A DNA stretch of 64,000 nt from the NCBI RefSeq assembly GCF_964204645.1, contig NC_134029.1, positions 186,001 to 250,000 of the forward strand, written 5' to 3'. Of the stretch, positions 1 to 28,487 are shown in pieces. The notes beneath the pieces are model-generated. The model did not search any database. It was not told where the DNA came from and saw only the letters and a program-made list of their open reading frames with translations. The stretch is from Tubulanus polymorphus (lineage: Eukaryota > Animalia > Nemertea). A program made the translations under genes and the position numbers. Numbering within the stretch: position 1 is the first letter of the stretch; each line of letters starts with the position of its first letter.

Positions 1-148
1 ACACACACATCGTAGTCAGCCGTGTTTTAAATTAAAACACGCTGAAATTTTCAACCAGAAAAACGTGACACGTAAAACATTTGAACGTCAGAAAAAATAT
101 TCTTAAAAGAGTGAACAACATAAAGGCATAGACAATGAGTGTGGAGCT

Positions 149-237
149 GGTGATTGTCCCGACAGCTCGCCGGTGATTGTCCCGACAGCTCGACGGTGAT
201 TGTCCCGACAGCTCGCCGGTGATTGTCCCGACAGCTC
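149..237. repeat. 23-bp tandem repeat x4
   Basis: GGTGATTGTCCCGACAGCTCG(C/A)C. Confidence 0.9.
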
Positions 238-291
238 ACAGATACACAAACACACGTAACATTGTATTTTAATATCAAATATAAATTTTAC

Positions 292-3200
292 CGGTTTTCG
301 TTTTTATCGTCGTATCTTGGCATCGGATCATTATCATTATCATTGATATCATAACTCGCCTCAGGGTCCTACAAATATATATACAACACATGTATTAACA
401 CCTGTACACCTAAACCACACTTACTAAACACCCACACTTACTAAACACCCACACTTACTAAACACCCACACTTACTGAACACCCACACTTACTAAACACC
501 CACACTTACTGAACACCCACACTTTACGCTCAAGCGGTGGATGTTTGTAAGCTGGTGATTGCAGGCTGAAAGGGGGTGCTGGTTACAGGCTGCAGGTTCA
601 TACAGACATAGTCTGGGCCCACGGACGCATAATCAAGATATAATCTACAGTACTGGATGGGCTGGTGATGGGCTGGTGATGGACACGTGATGGGCTGATG
701 GGCTGGTGATGGGTTAGCGACAGGTTTTAATTAGTGTCAGATTGGTTTTTGGAATTGAAGAATATGTTTTGAGTTCAGTCTCTTCATCGCGACACCAGAT
801 ACCGGTATCAGATATTATCAGTAATGAAATATCTAAAGCTTGACATTTTAAAACAAGAAATGACTTTGTTGTTGTTGTGTGGGTTTTTGTATTGTGTGTC
901 ACTTAAGAATGATAGCAAAAAAGATCCCTGAATAATTTCAGCTCAAATTTCTTCATGCAGAACATGAGAAACCTGATACACGTTTCCGCAATAGAGTCTG
1001 TTATTAAATACCACAATCAAAACAACCACAGAGAGGAAAGATTGTCATAGCGGAAATAGGTGAAAACCTGATGTGTACTCATTAGAATTCCCACACCTCT
1101 CCCCCTCTCTACCCCCTCTCTACCCCCTCTCTACCCCCTCTCCCTCCCCCTCTCCCTCCCCTCTCTACCCCCTCTCTCTCTTCCACCCCCTCTCCCTCCC
1201 CTCTCTACCCCCTCTCTACCCCCTCTCGCTCTCTCCTCCCCCTCTCCCTCTCCCCTCTCCCTCTTCCCCCCTCTCCCTCTCTCTACCCCCTCTCCCTCTC
1301 CCTCCCCCTCTCCCTCCCCTCTCTACCCCCTCTCTCTCTCTTCCACCCCCTCTCCCTCCCCTCTCTACCCCCTCTCGCTCTCTCCTCCCCCTCTCCCTCT
1401 CCCTCTTCCTCCCCCTCTCCCTCTCTCTACCCCCTCTCCCTCTCCCTCCCCCTCTCCCTCCCCCTCTCCCTCCCCTCTCTACCCCCTCTCGCTCTCTCCT
1501 CCCCCTCTCCCTCTCCCCTCTCCCTCTTCCTCCCCCTCTCTCTACCCCCTCTCCCTCTCTCTCCCCTCTCTCTTCCTACCCTCTCTACACTACTCACATA
1601 ATTAATGTATAGATCTGTGTGATTGTGCTCGAGTCCATCGTCTAATAGAGTTACTACGACTCCCTTGCCAGTGTAGCCTTTAGCCCAGGCAGGTTTAACG
1701 TTCATATCATAACCACTGTTACCACCACCGTGCTAGAATTATAATCAAATACATCATCAACTTCAACTTCAACATCACACAATATACAATTTATACAATG
1801 TTTTCCAAGTAAACCATCGTGGATCTGTGTTCTAAAATCCTACAATAAGATGAAGGAGTTTAAATGAAACACTATCTACGTTTCCTTGAGTTTATCAAAT
1901 ATCGATATCATTAAAACATTGAATAAATGAGATGATATTTCATGGTATGAGATGAATTCTCATGTAAATTATCTAATTATCATCATTTATTATCAAATTA
2001 CACCAGGCCAATTTCCTCACATATTTATTCAAAGGATGGATTTTTAAAACTTTTAATGAAATTAGTTTTCTCTGAATTCAAAGCATTGTAATATTGAAAA
2101 TAGAGTATCTAGATTACGACCGATCAACGGATCTAGATTACGACCGATCAACGGATCTAGATTACGACCGAACAACGGATCTAGATTACGATAGATCAAC
2201 GGATCTAGATTACGACCGATCAACGGATCTAGATTACGACCGATCAACGGATCTAGATTACGACCGATCAACGGATCTAGATTACGACCGATCAACGGAT
2301 CTAGATTACGATAGATCAACGGATCTAGATTACGACCGATCAACGGATCTAGATTACGACCGATCAACGGATGAATCAAGTCTCCTATCATTCAATTAAT
2401 TGAATATAATACTTGATAAATAAAGATATTTCTATGTTTAATTTCCGGGTTTCTTTCATTTCAAATTCAACTTTGAAATCAGGGATTTTGTGAAACAAGT
2501 TTTTTTTAAATTTCAAATATCTAATTTATTTTCCTGTAGTTCTGGATACAGGGATAATAATCAGTATATTAATACTGATCTTTGGTCTATTGTAATTGAT
2601 ATTTTCAGATATTACATATCTGAAGTGTAAATAAATGCCTCCTAACTCTAGATGTGATTGGCTGGAGTTGGTCACCTGATATTGACAAACAGTCCCCCCA
2701 CCTAGGGTTAGCACATGGCCACTAACCCTAACCCTAGCTTCTGATTGGTCAAGAGCTGGTCACCTGATATTGACAAATAGTCCCCCACCTAGGGTTAGCA
2801 CATGGCCACTAACCCTAACCCTAGCTTCTGATTGGTCAAGAGCTGGTCACCTGATATTGACAAACAGTCCCCCCACCTAGGGTTAGCACATGGCCACTAA
2901 CCCTAACCCTAGCTTCTGATTGGTCAAGAGCTGGTCACCTGATATTGACAAACAGTCCCCCCCACCTAGGGTTAGCACATGGCAACTAACCCTAACCCTA
3001 GCTTCTGATTGGTCAAGAGCTGGTCACCTGATATTAACAAACAGTCCCCCCACTTAGGGTTAGCACATGGCCACTAACCCTAACCCTAGCTTGTGACTGG
3101 CTGAAACTGGTCACTTGATATGCAAAATAGCATCCACCTAGGGTTGACCCTAGCTTAAGATTGGTCAAGAGCTGGTCACATGATGTAAACAGTCACCAGA

Positions 3201-3600
3201 TTATGAGTTATGACAATAAATATCAATAAATAAGATCTATCAGCAGACAGAATTAGAGATTAGTAAAACAATCAATTTGATATTGAAGAGAGGGAATTAG
3301 CAGGGATGAGGAGGAAGATATGAGGAGCGAGAGAGAAGAAAAGAGGTTATATTTTTAAGAACTGTACTGAATTTTTAAAGCACTGAGTGAAGATGAACTG
3401 AACTGTAGTGAATAAACACAGGATGCTGAAGACAGATTATCTGTAACGCGCCCTCTCACAGATAGACACAGATTATCAGTAATCCCCTCGAACTCACTCA
3501 TTGTATAAACAATCATTACATATCTCAGTTAATAAGACTATTACTCAGTGACGTATACTACTAGTAGTAGTAAAGATGATTTTTGTGTGACTGATGGATG

Positions 3601-3636
<36 letters not shown>

Positions 3637-6600
3637 CGCTGCTGTGACATTGTTAAGTGAATTTGATTATGATGAAGCTATAATTAAAACTATACGGAGA
3701 CCGAGACAAGCACTGACCAGTGCTGACCACTGACCAGTACTGACCACTGACCAGTACTGACCACTGACCAGTACTGACCACTGTACCACTGACCAGTACT
3801 GACCGCTGTCCACTCAGTCACCTGTCCTTTCTCACTATTTATTCCAGGTAAATATAACTCAGTGTTCAGTATTTGTCCAACCATAAAACTGCTTCCTACG
3901 CGACAATGCCTCCTGCCAACCGGCCTCCTGCCAACCGGCCTCGCTCGATCAGTAATAGCATCATCTCAGGTTTCTGTGTTTATATCAATTTGAAGCTAAA
4001 GGAGCAAGAGGATGAAGAGGAGGAAGAGGAGGAAGAGGAGGAAGAGGATGAAGAGGAGGACGAGGAGGAAATCTTTATTCAAATAAACGCATATAGAACC
4101 AACATGTTTATTTGAAACTATTAAAATGTCCGGTATTTTTAAAGTCTATTGTTTGATATCTGTCGTGTAGTTGTTTATGTGGTTGTGACAAGATTTAATG
4201 ATGAGCGAAAATACAAACTCTGACATCTCGATGAGGCAAAAAAAGATTCTATTTCCATCTAAACAAAATGCATCAATATCAGAGATCTTATCGACTCACA
4301 GCACACTCTCCCCCGGACTCCCTCTCCCCCTCCCCCCCCCCGTAGACCTGTTGTGTCAACGAGATAACAGCATGATACTTACTAGATACCATTCCTTAGA
4401 GTATAACGGATCATGAAACTGAGGAGAGTCGACTCCGGGAGTCTCACGGCGAGTCTTCTCAATATAATCACGTTTCACTCGTTTCTTAGCAACTTGTTGT
4501 TCACTCCATAAAACCTGCAAAATACTGGCACCATTATTATCATAACATGTGACACAGAAAGAGCATAGAGGGAGAGAGAGAGGGAGAGGGAGAGTGAGAG
4601 GGAGAGAGAGAGGGAGAGCGAGAGGGAGAGCGAGAGGGAGAGGGAGAGAGGAGAGGAGAGGAGAGGAGAGGAGAGAGAGAGAGAGGGAGAGGGAGAGAGG
4701 GAGAGGGAGAGTGAGAGAGGAGAGAGAAAGGGAGAGAGGGAGAGAGGGAGAGGGAGAGGGAGAGGGAGAGGGAGAGGGAGAGAGAAGGGAGAGAGGGGAG
4801 AGGGGGAGAGGGGGAGGGAGGGGAGGGGGAGAGGGAGAGGGAGAGAGAAGAAGGGAGAGAGGGGGAGAAGGGGAGGGAGGGGAGAGGGAGAGGGAGGGAA
4901 GCTTGAGAGTGAAATGAGAATGCTGACTAGACGTCTGCTCATTGTGTTGTTTTTTCAGCTCAGTTATTTTTGGTGAGAATTAGTCTAAAATGTTAATGAT
5001 TAAATGTATGTCAGACGTGGTGTAATCCAATAGACAGAGCTGCACAGTCTGCACGCAACTAATCTCACTGAATCTCATCTTTCAAGTTAAATTACTTTTC
5101 TCAAGTGCCATTTACCAACATCATCAGAAACATCACGTTATCCTCATTAGACTCGAGGAACTCGAGGAGCGCGAGGAAATCGGATACAAAACTCTGCTTA
5201 TCCGGATTCTTACCATAAACAACATCAGACATCAAACTGTGATTGAATTCAATGAGGGGGTGGGGAAACTCTGTCACGTGGGGGTGGAGAGGATTCAATC
5301 TATAAATTCTTACCTGTGAATGTGTTATCAGTTTAATATGGTGATGTCTATGAGGAACAGCTGAACGTTTTTCTATCTGATGATGCTCAAATATATAATG
5401 ATTCTCTAAACTTCCAACCTGAAAAATACAAGACAAATTCCAGGGTACATGAAATATCCGGTGTAAACTGTGGACAGGGGTATCCAGTGTAAACTGTGGA
5501 CAGGGGTATCCAATGTATCTGAAACTATGGACCGAGGTATCGCTGGACGATCAGTGATCACACACAGGTCTAAACGATACGATCAGCGATCACACACAGG
5601 TCTAAACGATACGATCAGTGATCACACACAGGTCTAAACGACACGATCAGCGATCACACACAGGTCTAAACGATACGATCAGCGATCACACACAGGTCTA
5701 AACGATACGATCAGTGATCACACACAGGTCTAAACGACACGATCAGCGATCACACACAGGTCTAAACGATACGATCAGCGATCACACACAGATCTAAACG
5801 ATACGATCAGTGATCACACACAGGTCTAAACGACACGATCAGCGATCACACACAGGTCTAAACGATACGATCAGTGATCACACACAGGTCTAAACGATAC
5901 GATCAGTGATCACACACAGGTCTAAATGACACGATCAAGCTCACAATGAACGTTACTGATGGAAACAGGAAATTAAACATCTCATACAGAGACTCGGAAA
6001 TAAAATGGTTTTCAGTGAAACACAAGTTAATTGCATCATAAACACTGTGACCCTCTCCTCTCCCTCCCCTCTCTCTCCTCTCCCTCTCTCCTCTCCCTCC
6101 CTCTCCTCTCTCTCTCCTCCCTCCCTCTCCTCTCTCCCTCCCTCTCTCTCTCCCTCCCTCTCTCTCTCTCCCTCCCTCTCTCCTCTCCTCTCCCTCTCTC
6201 CTCTCCTCTCCCTCTCTCCTCTCCTCTCTCTCTCCCTCCTTCTCTCCTATCCCTCCCTCTCCTCCCCCTCTCCTCTCCCTCCCCTCTCTCTCCTCTCCCT
6301 CTCTCCTCTCCCTCCCCTCTCTCTCTCTCCCTCTCTCCTCTCCCTCCCTCTCCTCTCTCCCTCCCTCTCCTCTCCCTCCCTCCCTCCCTCTCTCTCTTCC
6401 CTCTCTCCCTCTCCTCTCTCCCTCTCCTCTCCCTCCCTCCCTCCCTCTCTCTCTTCCCTCTCTCCCTCTCCTCTCTCCCTCCCTCTCCTCTCCCTCCCTC
6501 CCTCCCTCTCTCTCTTCCCTCTCTCCCTCTCCTCTCTCCCTCTCCTCTCCCTCCCTCCCTCCCTCTCTCCCTCCCTCTCTCCCTCTCCTCTCTCCCTTCC

Positions 6601-7419
6601 TTCTCTTTCTCCTCTCTTCCCCTCCTCCCTTGTGTCTCCACTCACTCCACTCTCTCTCCCCTCTCCCTTCCTCCTCTTGTCTCATCTCTTCCCCTCCTCC
6701 CTTGTGTCTCCATTCTCTCACTCCACTCACTCTCTCCACTCTCTCTCACTCCACTCTCTCTCTACTCTCTCTCCCCTCTCCCTTCCTCCTCTTGTCTCAT
6801 CTCTTCCCCTCCTCCCTTGTGTCTCCATTCTCTCACTCCACTCACTCTCTCCACTCTCTCTCACTCCACTCTCTCTCTCCACTCTCTCCACTCTCTCTCA
6901 CTCCACTCTCTCTCTACTCTCCCTTCCTCCTCTTGTCTCATCTCTTCCCCTCCTCCCTTGTGTCTCCACTCACTCCACTCCCTCTCCCCTCTCCCTTCCT
7001 CCTCTTGTCTCATCTCTTCCCCTCCTCCCTTGTGTCTCCATTCTCTCACTCCACTCACTCTCTCCACTCTCTCTCACTCCACTCTCTCTCTACTCTCCCA
7101 CTCTATCACGGTGAGAAGATATTAGCCTCAGTCATCGGTCGTATGTGAATTAATGAAATGAATTATGATATAAATATATAAATCAGACACACTGTCAGAG
7201 ATCTGATATTAGTTCTATTTATAAATACCAATAATATTAATATACAGACAATAATCACAAATAAATTCAATTAATCATATGAGAGAAGAGATGAGAGGGA
7301 AGAGGAAAGAGAGAAGAGGAAAGAGAGAAGAGAGGCTACAATAGAAGGTTTTACTGAGATGATGATTTTCTCTCTTAAATAGCCACAGATGGAGCAGTAA
7401 CAGAGATGTCTTAACTGTC

Positions 7420-7459
<40 letters not shown>

Positions 7460-10400
7460 CTGTTGGTTTATGTGACATGAAAATACAATTCCAAACTAAA
7501 TTCACCAGAAACAAAATCATCACCAATTCCTCGTGAGATTTAAATGTTCTCTGTGTCAGGATAATTAAATCTAGTGAACGCAAAATTCCAAGAAGATGTT
7601 AAAAAATCTTTCCATCTTTAAAGCAAGAATTCTGTTTCCTTTGAAGGTTTAAAACTGTTTGTTGATAGGGTTGATATCGTCATAGCGATTGCCTCCCTCT
7701 CTCTCTGAATGCTGCTGTAAATGTTGATGAAGATCTCCTATTGTCCTTGTCGTATCATGGTCAATAAACAACAGATCCATTAATACCGGTAACAAAAACT
7801 GATCTACAACAATCTGTCAGTACTGTGTCAGCCTCAGTCTCCTGTGTCTGTCAGTCTCTCAACTGTCTGTTAGCCTCTCAACTGTCTGTCAGCCTCAGTC
7901 TCCTGTCTCTGTTAGCCTCTCAACTGTCTGTCAGCCTCAGTCTCCTGTGTCTGTCAGCCTCTCAACTGTCTGTCAGCCTCTCAATAGTCTGTCAGCCTCA
8001 GTCTCCTGTCTCTGTTAGCCTCTCAACTGTCTGTCAGCCTCAGTCTCCTGTGTCTGTCAGCCTCTCAACTGTCTGTCAGCCTCTCAACTGTCTGTCAGTC
8101 TCTCAACTGTCTGTCAGCCTCAGTCTCCTGTGTCTGTTAGCCTCTGAACTGTCTGTCAGCCTCAGTCTCCTGTGTCTGTCTGTCAGTCTCTCAACTGTCT
8201 GTCAGCCTCAGTCTCATCTATCTGTCAGCCTCTCAACTGTCTGTCAGCCTCAGTCTCATCTATCTGTCAGCCTCTCAACTGTCTGTCAGCCTCAGTCTTC
8301 CTGTGTCTGTCAGCCTCTGAACTGTCTGTCAGCCTCAGTCTCATCTATCTGTCAGCCTCTGAACTGTCTGTCAGCCTCTGAACTGTCTGTCAGCCTCAGT
8401 CTCATCTATCTGTCAGCCTCTGAACTGTCTGTCAGCCTCAGTCTCCTGTGTCTGTCAGCCTCTCAACTGTCTGTCAGCCTCAGTCTTCCTGTGTCTGTCA
8501 GCCTCAGTCTCATCTATCTGTCAGCCTCTGAACTGTCTGTCAGCCTCAGTCTCCTGTGTCTGTCAGCCTGTCAACTGTCTGTCAACCTCAGTCTCCTGTG
8601 TCTGTCAGCCTCTCCTTCACCTGTTAACTTACTCTACTTCATCATATCAATTCTCTAGTTCGATATATCAGTATCATAATTTGATATATCAATTATAATT
8701 TTAATCTCATGAGTGTTTAATTAGTTTCTACTTGACAATTTCCATATGGTTGCGCTGTGTCTGTGATATATTCAGAAATCTATTTCATAAAGATAATGAT
8801 TTTATGATAACGATACCAAAAATCAATAAATATCACTTATTTTTAAGAATTGGGAAATTTGTGAAATGATATTGAAATAAAAACTGAAACGATTTAGATA
8901 TCTCTATATAATCTGTGTCAATTGATATGAAACAAACTGCATGAACCCGTGATCAATCATTTCTATCAGATATAGGTAATTATAACAGTTATATCAGTAC
9001 AGGGATCTGTCGTAGCAGGGGTCTCTGATTTAGGGTACCCCCCTAACGCACATTGTTCTACTGACACACAATATGAATAATTCACTCATACAACCTTCGT
9101 TTCCTCAGTAACTTGCATCAATTAGAATCAGACACATAGTTCATCGCTGAATCGATTCATTTCAATCCGGTTTTATTCGATAAATTAACATCACAACTCT
9201 CGACAAAGAGTTGTAAAAATCAGAGAATGATTTCGTTTTAATAAGCAGTTATTACCGTAAATAGGTTGTAAAAACCAGTTACAGACTCATTCACACAAAT
9301 ATGCAGCTTATTTTTAAACGTAGACTTCCGTTAATTGTTTTAGTCTGACTCCCAGTCGCAGAAAAACCTCTAGTAGCCGTGTTTGCTCGAAAAACAAAAA
9401 AACCACAAAAAAATCGACCGAATCGTTGAACTTAAGCTGCTCCTGAGCCCTCGATGAAACATCTGTAATAAACTTCATCTAATTAGGGAAAATATTTTTT
9501 TGGAAAAAAAAAAACCTTTCAGAAAGAAAGATTTCATCTGTTAATCAATCACTCCAGAATACAGCTACTACTGGTCCAGCTGTCATTACATCCTCCCCTT
9601 TACTCCCCATCAACCCCTTCCCCCTTATAATCTCTTTGTTTAAGCCCCCCCGACCCTCTCAATCTATACCTACTCTTTCTCTCTTGTGAGATGAATATTT
9701 GTAGTTTATAAATCAATTTCAAACAAACCATAAAAAATGGAAGCTATTTTCAACCGTGAAACACTCATAAAAACCTTCCTATCTCTCTAGAGGAGTGCGA
9801 GGTAAGCCAGTTAAACTCTTAAACTCAAACTCAATAAACAAATCTCAAGGATTTTTGTAATAAAAAATCTTTTTATCTTAATGAGAATCTCGGAAGCTGA
9901 TGATGTACGTTGTGGAATTAGGGCCACACACATTTTTATCATAAAGATGAAAGGAGAGTGAAGTGTAACTGATACAGAGTCAAAATCAGTTCAAATCCAA
10001 CTCACTGTGAAACTGGGTTACTGTGTCAAAGTTCAGTATAAACATCGGGGCCCCTTTAATACTGACCCCCCCCCCCCCCAATATCTTAGAGAAACCCTGG
10101 ACGTATAAATTAGATTATAGGTCCATCGAGAGACTGACCGTGGTACAGCAGGGTGGTAAGTGAAATAGTATTACCAGATTCAGCTGGTTCTACGCTCAAT
10201 TTCATCAATTAGATATTCATGAATGCTGCTAGGCCTCATCAGCAGCAGTGAGATATACAGAGCAGAACCACACAGTTCATTAACCACACAACCAGTCATT
10301 CATCCATCCGTATTCAATTTACTATAATTACTGCAACAAAATTAATTTACGGCTTACCTGTCCTAAATTAATAAATCCCAGTTGTTCGGCGACCCGGTCA

Positions 10401-10525
10401 GCCTGGTGATGACCCCCTTCTATTTCAACAGCGAATTTATTCAGATAAACTTGTCCTTTCACTCGATCGATAATTGTATTAATTGTAATTATAGCGAATA
10501 GATAATTAATCGCCGAAAACCGCAT
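292..10525 (-). CDS. Subtilisin/kexin-like proprotein convertase (furin / PC1/3-like), 5' part; gene continues beyond the left edge
   Basis: Five exons on - strand with GT-AG ends and compatible phases. 10525-10358: [56 protein letters not shown] (signal and prodomain). 5418-5314: [35 protein letters not shown]. 4514-4383: [20 protein letters not shown]...[12 protein letters not shown] (RxKR autoprocessing site). 1732-1598: [45 protein letters not shown] (catalytic Asp motif). 368-292: [26 protein letters not shown]. The HGTRC exon lies outside the window. Confidence 0.95.
409..522. repeat. 17-bp tandem repeat, about 6 copies
   Basis: T(A/G)AACACCCACACTTAC. Confidence 0.9.
1095..1588. repeat. 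CT-rich polypyrimidine low-complexity tract
   Basis: Almost pure C/T, starting next to the convertase donor at 1597. Confidence 0.95.
2108..2373. repeat. 24-bp minisatellite x11
   Basis: GATCTAGATTACGACCGATCAACG. Confidence 0.95.
2656..3183. repeat. About 88-bp tandem repeat, about 6 copies, containing TAACCC motifs
   Basis: AGAGCTGGTCACCTGATATTGACAAACAGTCCCCCCACCTAGGGTTAGCACATGGCCACTAACCCTAACCCTAGCTTCTGATTGGTCA; related to 42137-42452. Confidence 0.95.
4568..4899. repeat. GA-rich polypurine tract
   Basis: (GAGAGG)n-like. Confidence 0.95.
5547..5936. repeat. 32-bp minisatellite, about 12 copies
   Basis: ACGATCAG(C/T)GATCACACACAGGTCTAAACGA(T/C). Confidence 0.95.
6051..7104. repeat. CT-rich tract with higher-order repeats
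   Basis: About 1 kb of C/T; the distal half repeats CTTGTCTCATCTCTTCCCCTCCTCCCTTGTGTCTCCA. Confidence 0.95.
7813..8612. repeat. Complex minisatellite
   Basis: Core TCTGTCAGCCTC with alternating TCAACTG / AGTCTCCTGTG linkers. Confidence 0.95.
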
Positions 10526-10827
10526 GATGTAAAACAAACGACGGTAAGACCGACAGTCACTCGATTCTCTGCTCGGTGTGATCTATTCACCGGTTTGGTT
10601 GACTAATTTATCAATTCCGAGTACACTAAAGCAGGAAGTGTTTTAAAAAGTATAAATCTATTGATCTGACGGGTTAAACCTGCCGGTTACAGGCACACTG
10701 AACCTGTCAGGATATATACATCGTTTTTGTGCCGGTTCTAACGTCCTGTTTGGCTACAGCAGCATCAACTGACGGCTGAAGCATAGCGATGATGACGTTT
10801 CGGGGATTCTGGCTCAGCTGATCGATA

Positions 10828-11116
10828 CGCCATCTTGTGGATTTCTAGATCGGAATACGAACCGGACTCATCCGTACCACAATCGGTATGTCCTTCAAGA
10901 ACTCATTTTCATCAATAAAAAGATTAGCAGCCATTATATTTATGTAGTTTGAGAGCTTATTTACGTATTCCTAATTTAAAAATTTTATATTCTGTTTAAT
11001 ATTTACGGAGAGCCGTTACACAGGGGGTCAAGGTCAACGGTTAAAGATGGCGGTATAAACAAACAAGTTCACACATGCGTCGTTATTTCAACATTCATAG
11101 CTTTCACTCCGCTAAA
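10828..11116. promoter_or_regulatory. Putative bidirectional promoter shared by the convertase and CCDC171, including a probable non-coding first exon of CCDC171 (about 11040-11116)
   Basis: Divergent YY1-type motifs: CAAGATGGCG on - strand (10828-10837) and AAGATGGCGG on + strand (11044-11053). A donor AAA|GTAAGA follows at 11117. The CCDC171 ATG sits immediately after an acceptor (ttttacag|ATG), so an upstream non-coding exon is needed. Confidence 0.55.
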
Positions 11117-12094
11117 GTAAGAGATTTTTTACATCAAAGGCTAATTATGATTAATGTTTTTTAATCGTGTGTTTAACGAGCGATGTTTGAAAGTTTTAAT
11201 AGTTTGAAATGTGGTTCAAATTCTTTGATTTATCTCGAATCATTTTGTTGTCGTGTAGTAGGTAGTCTGTGTTTATTATGTTTAGTCAGTAGTTAAATGA
11301 ATTGTGTGTATTTGAATTATTTATGCAGAAAAATCGTTGACATTTTATTATAAAAACAATAATTGCTCGTGTGCAGAATGTAGAATACTCTCGTACTGGT
11401 ATCTGGGTGTCACAGGGGCCTGGACGCAAAAAAAGCTCTTTTTTGACCCCCAGTGAGAAATATCGAAATTCAAACAAAACTGACTGCCCTGGCTCCTGTC
11501 CAGTGTCCAGGGCCTGCTCCTGTTGGTGGGCAAGGACTTAAGTTAAAGAAAAATTCACTGTGTGTCGTGCGAGATTTGTTTTGGTTGTGATGACTAGTCT
11601 TTACTCATCTATCGAACTTTCTACTATAATTAGAGACAGTTTGTTTGTGAATCCGAGAGGAGTAGACCTAACGCTAACTGTCTGTTCAATTTAATACAGT
11701 CTGATGAGTAATCACTGTAATTACTAACCATAATTAGTCTGATTAATTCATTTAGTCTTGTTAATTGATTTGTTTATAAGTGAAATAAAGACTAGTCCAT
11801 CATCCAGTGTGAGTTGATTTGTGACACAGGAAACATCTCTCTGTATTTATAGTTCACTCAGTAAAGACTAGTAGAGAAGAGAGAGAGAGATATTTCAATG
11901 TCATTCGTAAGAAATCCTCCTCATTCAAAGGTAACAGTTTTCGATCCATATTCATCTTCATTTTAAGCTTCCCATAAAAAAGACATAAACTAATTCAACA
12001 TTTGAAGATAAACTCATTCATCTTAAAGGGTTTTCATATTGTACACAACAAATTATGTTGGGAAACCTTAACTGGATCGCAGAAGAAAATACAT

Positions 12095-12111
12095 TAGCGC
12101 CACCTGGTGGA
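12095..12111 (-). promoter_or_regulatory. CTCF-like motif
   Basis: TCCACCAGGTGGCGCTA on - strand, close to the canonical CCACCAGGGGGCGCTA. Confidence 0.5.
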
Positions 12112-12159
12112 TCTTGAATTACCACAGTCGACTGCAGGTTGTTTATTGTTGTTTTACAG

Positions 12160-27418
<15,259 letters not shown>

Positions 27419-28408
27419 CCTGGTCTTCCATCCACTAGTGTTTATAGTTTATATTTCAACTGAATTTTAATAAAAGCCAAATGTTTTATAGGTATATTTA
27501 TAATTATGTAAGCAGGTTTAGGGTTTATACAGTGTAGACAGTGCCTGGAGCAGTTAGTCTATAGTTCTATAGTAATCTCTCTCTCTCTCTCAATGGCTGG
27601 TCCCATTATCTTACATTCCATTTACATTTATTTCTCTTTAATCTTAGTTTGTTTGACACATGATAAATTTAATACTGTCTCCACACAGACACCTTGTATA
27701 TCCTATTATTATTATTAATTTGTCATAGTTAATTAGTAGTTTTAATAATTAGTGGCCTTTTAACAGTTGTGAAGTGGAGGGTTTAGTTAGTGCTAATTGT
27801 AGAGCATTTATTCAGTGAGTGTAGTTATTGTAGGTAATGTCTGGTTCACCACACAGCTGTGTCATTGTCACTAGACCTATAACAATAATGTGTTTAACTA
27901 ATTACCCCCAATTAATTATTACATTATTCTATTATTTATTAATAACTGCGAATAATTTATACTGATTTTTGTATTTTCTGAATTGATTTTGCTATGAAAT
28001 AAAGACGACATATTTTAGAATATAATTCTATAGCCTTGAGTTAATGATATTTCCTGTCCTATTGACTCTCCTCCCCCAGAAGTCACTCGTTGCTGCTGTC
28101 ACTTATTGTTGGAATTGAATGACCAGTAAAGCTGTCCAATTTGTCTATGTGACTCTCATTAAAGTGTATCGAATGATTACGCCCAATCAAGGACGTAGCC
28201 TGGCAGATTGGTTAGTTCATACAGACCTAGCACAATGTCGTTGGTCGTGGAGAAATTCTTGGAACTAAAAAGAACAGCTCTTTGAATTCCCAGTTACTGG
28301 GTTCTGATAAGAAATCCTCGTAAACAATATAATAATTTGACAACCAGTGGACAGAGATCAATCACCGGTCTGGTCACTGGTTTACTGACCAAACAAACTA
28401 AAACTTCT

Positions 28409-28487
28409 GGTCAGTTCTGTGGTCTAGAGGTTCGCGTGCTGGGCTGGAAAGTCAGTGATATCGGGTTCGAAACCCAAATTTCCGCCC
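28409..28487 (+). pseudogene. tRNA-derived remnant or SINE head
   Basis: A-box TGGTCTAGAGG (28420-28430) and B-box GGTTCGAAACC (28464-28474) at tRNA spacing, with a T-arm-like GGG-TTCGAAA-CCC. The acceptor stem does not pair, so this is not a functional tRNA. Confidence 0.4.

Noticed and set aside
2790-3090. Telomere or interstitial telomeric array
   Set aside because: Only two TAACCC hexamers per longer repeat unit; no extended (TTAGGG)n.
5903-8658. Arg/Glu/Gly- and Leu/Ser/Pro-rich ORFs (also 1073-1612 and 4475-4942)
   Set aside because: Low-complexity purine/pyrimidine tracts and minisatellites inside convertase introns.
9704-9801. Antisense (+ strand) exon-like segment in convertase intron 1 (TTTGTAG ... 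GAG|GTAAGC)
   Set aside because: An isolated splice pair with no partner exons or ORF support.
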